DNA from: the human T2T-CHM13v2.0 reference genome, Homo sapiens
Assembly: GCF_009914755.1 (NCBI RefSeq)
Contig: NC_060942.1
DNA: 64,000 bases
Reading direction: 5' to 3' (one strand)
Both the position numbers and the translations under genes were made by a program. The notes under the pieces were generated by a model, which was not told the DNA's origin, ran no database searches, and was given only the letters and a program-made list of their open reading frames with translations. Shown in pieces: positions 55,871 through 64,000 of the stretch (positions are counted from its first letter, which is position 1; the number at the start of each line of letters is the position of its first letter).

Positions 55871-57139
55871 GTAAATTTGTATTTTTAAGCTTAAATTATA
55901 ATATGTTTCTTTGTGTGTACCCAAGTAGATGATTTTCTCCTTTTCTAAACCAGTTCCTATACATCTGCAAAAGATAAGTTTATGGAGATGGTTGTTTAGT
56001 ACACCTAAAACTATATGTTAATTTTCTCTAACAAAGATCCCATATATTGCACAGAACAGAATCTGCTATTGGAGATATATCTTGGTTGTTTTTGTGGAGC
56101 TACAGTCAACATACATCCAACTACCAGCTTTGATGCCATGTTTGGTTTGGGGTGAAGTTTTTTGCTGATATTGGAGATGCAAATTCAACCATTTATTGCA
56201 ATTTTAAAAATTAGGAAAATCAAATCAAATATTATTAATATATTTACCATTTATTGAGTACAGTGACACAAGAACTGTGCCAACTCTGTTCTGTATATTG
56301 TATCTTTTTCTGCAATATTACACAAAACATTCCACCTCTGTCTCCATGGATCTCCAAGGATGGCACTGATTTCTGTCATTTGTCTAGATTGTGACATTGA
56401 TTTTCATCTACTCTCTTCGTTGCAAAAGAGAAAATTTTAGAGAATTCCATTTAGCCTGTAAGAGATTTTTTTCCTTTGAAAATAATATGGTTATAGGAAA
56501 GATTTAATTGAAGTTGTCAAAATTATAAATTCTCTAACAATAAGATGAATCTTTGAAAAGAGTAAAGATTTTTGTGGTTTTCTATAATGCAAACAGGTGT
56601 TATTAAATATTTTAACAATATGATTTTAATAGTTTTGAATAAAGTTAGTTTGTAGATCCACAAATTTAATAAAATGAATTCATCAATTAATACACGAATA
56701 TGTCAAAATTATTTAATTTTAAATTGCATAACACTGTTTGCATTCTAAACAAGTTTTAACTTGAGAATGACATGGTATCACTATTTATAGATTCCCATAC
56801 CTCTTCTTCTCTAGGGTTCCTCAATTTCTATTGATATAAAATAATTAAGAAGTAATTAGAGCACTCAGAAAATGCATTATGTTTGCAAAATTACTGTAAT
56901 TCAAGCTATGATTTTAATTTCTTGCAGAACTACCTACCTTGATAAATGTTTCAAGGACAGTCCCTGACAGAAAGATTTAAAGTTTAATTTATCGTCTTTA
57001 AAGATGATAAACTGTCTTTCCTAAATCACAGAGTCTCTTTGACTGCTAAGGAACCACTCACAACCCTATACATACAAGTTTTCTTATCAACTAATCAGAG
57101 AACTGTGGCTCTCAAACTTGTGAAACATGAATTTTGAGA

Positions 57140-57384
57140 TCAAATTATCTGTCACTTACAATTTGTTCATACCCTTTGACCAAAATTAATCACCCCTTTC
57201 TACCTCCTACCCCTAATTCCTGATAACCACTTTTCTACTCTATGTTTCTATGAGTTCAGCTTTTTTGTTTCCACCTGTAAGTGGGATCATGCAATAGTTG
57301 CCCTTCTGGGTCTGGCTTATTTGACTTAGTATAATTCTTCCAGGTTCATCCATGTTGTGACAAATGACAGGATTTCCTTATTTT
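57140..57384 (-). mobile_element. L1MA8-10-like 3' UTR fragment
   Basis: ataccctttgacc...ataaccacttttctactctatgtttctatgagttc...ggttcatccatgttgt. Confidence 0.8.
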
Positions 57385-59235
57385 TTAATTAATTTTTAAA
57401 ATTTTACTGTTTATTTTTATTTCATTTGTTTTTTATTGATATATCACAATTGGACATATTTTGGGGGTACATGCAATATTTTGATATGTGTATACAATGT
57501 GTAATTATCAAACCTGGGTAATTGGAATATCTGGGACCTCAAATATTTGTGTTTCTTTGTATTGGAAACATGACAATTCATCTCTTCTACCTATTTTGTA
57601 AGGTACAATAAATCCCTGTTAACTGTAATTTCCCCACCTTACAATGGAATAGTAGAACTGACTCCGATCTAATTGTATCTTTGTATCCATAATCAAATTC
57701 TCTTCAACCTCTCTCCCTCCTTTCCTTCACAGCCTCTAGGAAACACCATGGTCCTCTCCAGCTGCATGAGATCCACTTTTTTAGCTCCCACATATGAGTG
57801 AGGGCATGCAATATTTTTCTTTCTGTGCCTGGTTTATTTCTCTTAACATAATGACCTCCACTTCCATCCAAGTTCCTGCAAATGACCGGAATTGATTCTT
57901 TTTATGGCAGAATAGTATTTCACTGTGTATATATACCACATTTTCTTTATCTGTTCATCCAATGATGAACACTTAGACGGATCATATATCTTGGCTCTTG
58001 TGAATAGTGCTGCAATAAGCATAGGAGTGCAGATGTCCATTTGATATACTGACATTCTTTCCTTGGAAATATACCCAGCAGTGAGATTGCTGGATCATAT
58101 GGATGTCCTAATGTAATTTTTTTGAGGAAGCTCCATACTGCTTTCCATAATCGTTGTGTGAATTTACATTCCCACCAACAGTGTGTAAGGGTTCCCCCAT
58201 CCACAACATTGTAAGCATGTATTTTTTATCTTTTTGGTGACAGCTATTCTAACTGGGGTGAGGTGATATCTCATTGTGGTTTTAATTTGCATTTTTTCTG
58301 AGTATCAATGATGTTCAGCAACTTTTCAAATACCTGTTTGAATTTGTATGTTTTCTTTTGAGAAATGCCTATTCAGAAATTTTGCCCACATTATAAATCA
58401 GATTATTTGTGTTTTTATTTTTTTGATGTTGTGTTGTTTGCATTACTAATATATCATAGATATTAATCCCTTGTCTGATAATTTGCAAATATTTTCTGCC
58501 ATTTTGTAGATGTTTTGTTCAGTTTGTTGATTGTTCCTTTGTTGTGTAGAAGCTTTTAAGCTTAATGCAATCTCATTTGTCTAGTTTTCTTTTGGTTTAC
58601 TTAGCTTTTGTGGTCTTATCCAAAAAATCTTTCCCCTAATCAGTGTCCTGTAGTGTTTCCCCAATGTTTTCTTCTAGGAGTTTCATAATTTCAGGTTTTA
58701 TATTTAAGTCTTTAATTCGTTTTGAGTTGATATTTGTATATGTTAAAAGATGGGGATCTAGTTTTATTCTTCTGCGTGTGGATATCCAGATTTCCCAGCA
58801 CCATTTAAAAGAGACCGCACTTTCTGCAGTGTTTAATTTTGATGCCTGTGTTGAAAATGAATTGGGTATAAATGTGTGGATGTATTTCTGGTTTGTCTAT
58901 TCTATTCCATTCTTGTTGTTGTTGTTGCATGTCAACATTATGTTTTTTGGTTATTGCAGCTTTGCAGTATAATTTGAAATCAGGTGGCGTGATGCCTCCA
59001 GCTTTGTTCTATTTGCTCAGGATTCTTTGTCTATTCAGATTTTTATGTGATTTCCACAAATTTTATATTTTTTTCTATTTCTTTGAAGATGTCATTTATA
59101 TTTTGATAAGGGTTGCATTTAAACTGTAGATCATGTTGTGTACATAGACACATTAACAATACTAATTATTTTGATTCATGAGAAAGGAATATGTTTCTAG
59201 TTTTGTGTCCTCTTCAGTTTCTTTCTACTTTGTCT
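57385..59235 (-). mobile_element. L1MA4-like 3' UTR plus ORF2 3' part
   Basis: ORF2 peptides HCWWECK..LWKAVW, DICTPMLIAALFT and IKKMWYIYT; L1MA 3' UTR. Confidence 0.92.
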
Positions 59236-60170
59236 TTTCTGAGAGGAATGAGTGGTTTGATGTTCACAAAGTTTTCTGAAGCCCAGCTCAATGTATGCTG
59301 AGTTTATGAGAAATTGAGTGTACTCTGAGGAAATATGCTGACATCGCAAACTGATTTTATTTGTGATGTGCTGACAACAGGATTCATTCATTTGGGGACT
59401 GGCAAGTAGCTTCCTGCTCTTCTATCCTCCTGTTAGAAGATGTGTGCTAACATTACAAAGGTAAAAATCAGTTGATACAGCAACTTTAGAGTTTGCTGCA
59501 GATTTTTTTCAACTTCTACTTCTCTTGATCTTCAATATCTTATATCTTTTATTTGCTCTTCTTTCAGTTTGTTATATCTGCTCTCCCACCATAATAAATT
59601 GATGTCCTGATTTTTGTATTTGAGTATTTGACTCAGATTAATTTTACAAAATTCAGCCAAACACTAATATAGTATGCCTGTATTGATGTTCTGGTACTTA
59701 TTAACTTTTTTCAGCATTTTATGTGATAAACTTCATATTTTTTATGAATTATTAAAATAAATGTGTTTGTTCACTTATGAATTACTTTTGAGGCAAGCAT
59801 TATTTTTGTACCAAAATTTGGAAGTCTAAGAAAGGACTTAGTCAAACTTAGAGTTTGCAAAATATATCATGAAAGAGATGTTTCATGATTACATAGCTGT
59901 TTCATGAGATGCCATGTCTTTGTAGAATTTAAAGGTATTTAGAAATTCATACTGCTTGAATCATCTTAGTGGTTCCTTTGCATAGTATCATGGAAAACTC
60001 GTTAACTTGCTTTTGTTCCCCAGAGTGTATCTTTCACTGATTTTATGCCATCAAAATTATGTCCATTCTCATGTGACTATCACTTGCTAATTCTGGGTTT
60101 GATTGAAGCAGATCATTTTAGAAGCTACAACATGGTGAAAAAATGACCCTTTTGAATATTGACAAGCTCT

Positions 60171-60362
60171 TTATATATAATTATAATTATTAATAGTTAT
60201 ATAATTGATTGTTAATTAATTATATAATATAATAATATATAAAATATTATATATAAAATAATAAAACAATATAATTATAATCATTATAATTATTATATAA
60301 TTAATTAACAAGCAATTATATAATTATTAATAATTATAATTATTAATTATATATAATTAATA
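60171..60362. repeat. AT-rich tract containing a 49-bp inverted repeat
   Basis: 60178-60226 pairs with 60294-60342 at 47 of 49 positions. Confidence 0.9.
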
Positions 60363-61781
60363 ATAACGTGTGAAATTTAAAATACTTCTTGGTCCCTGGT
60401 GTTCAGAATAGATGTTGTGTTGGCAGGCATACAAACATTAATTCCCTTGTACATCCTCATCAGAACTTGGGTAACCAGGAGCATTGTCATTGAGCAGTAA
60501 TAGATGTTGAAAGGAATCATTTTTCTGAGCAGTAGGTCTCAACAGTGGGCTTATTATTCAGTAAGCCACGCTGTACACAGATGTGCTATCATCCGTGCTT
60601 TGTTGTTCCATTTACAGAGCACAGGCAGAGTAGATTTAGCATAATTCTTAAGGGTCCTAGGATTTTCAGAACGGTAAATGAGCATTAGTTTCAACTTTAA
60701 GTCACCAGCTGCGTTAGCCCCTAACAAGAGCAAAGCTGTCTGTACTTTGAAGCTTTGAATCCAGGCATTGACTTCTCCTCTCTAGCTTTGAAAGCCCTAG
60801 GTAGCATCTTCTTCAAAAATAAGGTTGTTTCATCTTTACATTAAAAATCTGTTGTTTACTGTAACCGCCTTCATCAATGATCATAGCTAGAATTATGGAT
60901 AACTTGCAGTTTCTACTTTAGCACCTGCTGCTCTACCTTGAGCTTTTATGTTATAGAGACAGCTTATTTTCTTAAATTTTATAAACCCACCTTGGCTAGC
61001 TTCGAACTTTTCTTCTGCCGCTTCTTCAGCTCTCTCAGACTTCAGAGAATTGAAGAGAGTTAGGGCCTTGCTCTGGATTAGGTTTTAGTTTGAGGAAATA
61101 TTGTAGCTGGTTTGATCTTCTATTCATACCACTAAAACATTCTCCATATTAGCAATAAGGCTCTCTCTTATCATTCATTTGTTCACTGAAGTAGCACTTT
61201 CCATTTTTTTTCAAAGAACTTTGCCTTTACATCCACGGCTTGGTTAATAGGCAAAATAGGCCTAGCGTTTGGCCTTTCTCAGCCTTTGATATGCCTTCTC
61301 CACAAAGCATAATCCTTTCTAGCTTTTGATTAGAAGTGAGAGATGTGAAACTCTTTCTTTAACTTGAACACTTAGAGGCCATTGGGGGGCTATTAATTGG
61401 TATAATTTCAATATTATTGCATTTCTGGGAATAGGCAGTTTGAGGAGAGGGAGAGAGATGGGAGAACGGCCTATAAATGGGACAGACAAAACACACACAT
61501 TTATTAAGTTTGTGGTCTTATATGGGTGTGGTTTGTGGTGCCCCAAAGCAATTGCAATGGTAACATCAAAGATCACTCTTTACAGATCGCCATAACAAAT
61601 AGAATACTCATTTTAAAAGCTTGAAATATTATAAGAATTACTAAAGTATGACAAAGAGACATGAGGTTTTTAAAAATGGCACTGACAGACTTGCATAATG
61701 CAGAGTTGCAACAAACAAACTTATAAAAAATACAATATCAGTGAAGCACCATAAAGCAAAGTACAATAAAAAGGTGCACTG
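60357..61781 (-). mobile_element. Tigger1 (TcMar) fragment with its 5' end and the N-terminal part of the transposase
   Basis: ctgagcagtaggtctcaacagtgggc, aagtcaccagctgcgttagcccctaacaagag; degenerate terminus caataaaaaggtgcactg followed by TA. Confidence 0.93.
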
Positions 61782-62464
61782 TATTCAGTTTACTTCAATA
61801 ATTATATTTTCCTAGGTAGTATGTCTGATTATGAGTCTTCCTACATTTATTTCATATTTTCTAGGTGTTTCAGAACTACTTTTTCTCCCAGTTTTTGCTG
61901 TGTTACACTTTGCTTTACTACTCTAATTTTAAAACTCTTAAATTTTTCACAATATTTTCCAGTTAACTTTATGTCCTATTATTTCCCCTTTAAGCCTGTC
62001 TAAAATTCAATTTGAACTATGTCTGAAGATACGTTGCTGGTGAGCTGAAGAATAGCATAAACTTTTCTTGCTCAAGAGAACATGCAGCCCGGAGGTTTGC
62101 TCTACAAACCCCATAAAACACTGATACTGCTTAGAACACACATGGATCCAAGGGCCAGCAAAGTGTGTTTTTATTTTTTATTCCTCTTTCCACATGTCCA
62201 CTTGGAGAGTTGATGGTTTTGCCCTGTCTATATACTACCGATTATGTGAACAAATTGCTTCATATCAGTAATCATTTCTAAGTCTGATTCCAGTTTTCTG
62301 TGCAGTTAAAAACCATTATTTTAGGACTTTTGTCCTTCCAGTTTCTAAAAATGTAATTCCTTGTGTATCCTTAATAACTATACTAAATTTAAAAATAAAG
62401 ATAATGGACATTTTCAAAAGGTTATTATAGCATTCATACAAGTTACATGCATTAAAACTAACAT

Positions 62465-62635
62465 AAATACATAGATGCATATGTGAGTGTATGTACGTAT
62501 ATAAATATTTGTATATACATGTCTATACAAATGTTTGTATATATGTGTGTGTGTATATATATTTGAAGTATATATATGTATATATGTATATATATATTTC
62601 AAGTATATACATATTTCAAGTATATATATATATTT
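62465..62635. repeat. Degenerate (TA)n/(TG)n tract
   Basis: Direct observation. Confidence 0.85.
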
Positions 62636-63198
62636 GAAAACTGCAACTTTCAAAACTGCAAAAATGACTTTGGTTATGCCTTTAAGAAGAGGTTGGTTTA
62701 ATTTTTTGTGAAAGTGAAATAAGGACATTTTAAAATTTTTGCTCTATTAGAAAATTATTACAACACATCCCCATAATGAATTGAATAGTCAGTACCATAC
62801 TAACACCTTCAACATGTAAAACCCAATCCCCGGTAACAGAGTTAAGCATGTATCAATTTTCAAAATATGTTAAACTAGTATTTTTTTTGCACATCAAAAT
62901 TTTTCATTTTAACTACAAACTATTTTAATGAGCTCTGGCTATAAATGAAATATCCTGGTACTTAATGTACATCTGACGTCGTGTATATGCAGGCCTCAAA
63001 TCCTTCTATTTAAATAATCATCTGAAGAAATAGTGTGCCAGACAAATAGAAAAACCAGGAACAGGAAGTCCCAAATATAATAAAAACTTGTAGTTTTATA
63101 AGATATCCTAACAGTATATCCCCACAAGTTTGGGTGCTACTTACTTCAAACAAAACAATAGGCATTCCCTCCTATGAGGCATTTCATACTATGACTCA

Positions 63199-63336
63199 TA
63201 GTCACTAAACACTATGTTTAGTGATTAGTCACTAAACACTGTGTTAAGTTTTAGTGATTAGTCAGTAAACACTATGTGTTTAAATTTTGTGTTTAAATAG
63301 TGTGTTTAAACTTTGTGTTTAAATTCACTAAAACAC
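63199..63336. repeat. Compound palindromic and tandem micro-array
   Basis: tagtca(c/g)taaacact three times, then tgtgtttaaa four times at 13-bp spacing. Confidence 0.9.
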
Positions 63337-64000
63337 AAAAACAAAAATTGCTTTTAAGAAACCACAAAATAGGGTATATATTTTAAAATTTCATTAGAAA
63401 GAAAATGTCACTGGACTTTTTTTGTTTATTGTATTGTTATCAATATATTATCAGCAGTTTATGTATAATGTGTATCCCTAATTAAAAATTTAAGAAACTA
63501 ACTGAAACTCAACTTGACTCTTAAACTTTCTTTAACTTTGAAGCATATTCACATATTCCCATTATTCCAATGAGGATAGATTCATATTAACATTCTAGCC
63601 CATTTTAGTCGTTGTAATGAGCCTAAAATAGCTGCCAGCTTGCAGTGCTGGAATTAATGATAATTAAATGTAACACAAAATGTATTTCCATATTTTGTAT
63701 TGCTCAAATGATTTCATCTCAGATGTAGCATGATTCTTTTTAGAGATGACTACTTCTATTTAATCTCTTTTCCAATTTTAATTTGAATTTCATATTGTTC
63801 CTGACTGTTTAATGAATATTTTGGGAGATGGCCATAGTGTTGTTAATTATACTAAAGACTGAGTATAATTAATTCTTTTGGACCCAAAGTCAGCTAGTTA
63901 ATCGATTTCTGATGAAACTGGAGATTAAGCACAGATAGTTCACCTCTTCCTTCATTCATTTTAATTCTTTTCTCTTTCAATTCAATCAGATTACTTTGGG

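Noticed and set aside
59866-59889. 9-bp perfect inverted repeat atcatgaaa/tttcatgat
   Set aside because: Expected by chance in 64 kb of AT-rich DNA
60357-61781. Domesticated Tigger transposase gene
   Set aside because: No long ORF; many indels and a truncated catalytic region

Overview
AT-rich, repeat-dense primate genomic DNA. AluY and young L1PA copies point to a catarrhine; the species cannot be fixed from this window. I find no protein-coding gene, RNA gene or CpG island, and the supplied ORFs are short and mostly lie in decayed transposons or low-complexity DNA. The window is a nested record of insertions. It holds two old L1s that still span 5' UTR to 3' end (L1MB-type + at ~5.4-10.6 kb; L1MC/MD-type - at ~32-40 kb), several L1PA/L1MA pieces and 12 Alu-family copies. 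It also holds solo LTRs (LTR1, THE1, MLT1, LTR16), two fused 5'-truncated class III ERV remnants (LTR33/ERV3-16A3 and LTR40/HERVL40), and DNA transposon remnants (MADE1, MER63, Tigger1). Items most worth a second look: a THE1 LTR ending in an A-tail 13 nt after its poly(A) signal; a twin-primed inverted L1; env-like motifs in an ERVL-type element; a motif-dense candidate enhancer near 53.3 kb; a 49-bp AT-rich inverted repeat at the Tigger1 breakpoint; and a hairpin-derived array of forkhead-like sites at 63.2 kb. I see no convincing new biological system. Family names come from recalled consensus sequences and need RepeatMasker/Dfam confirmation; boundaries of old elements are approximate.
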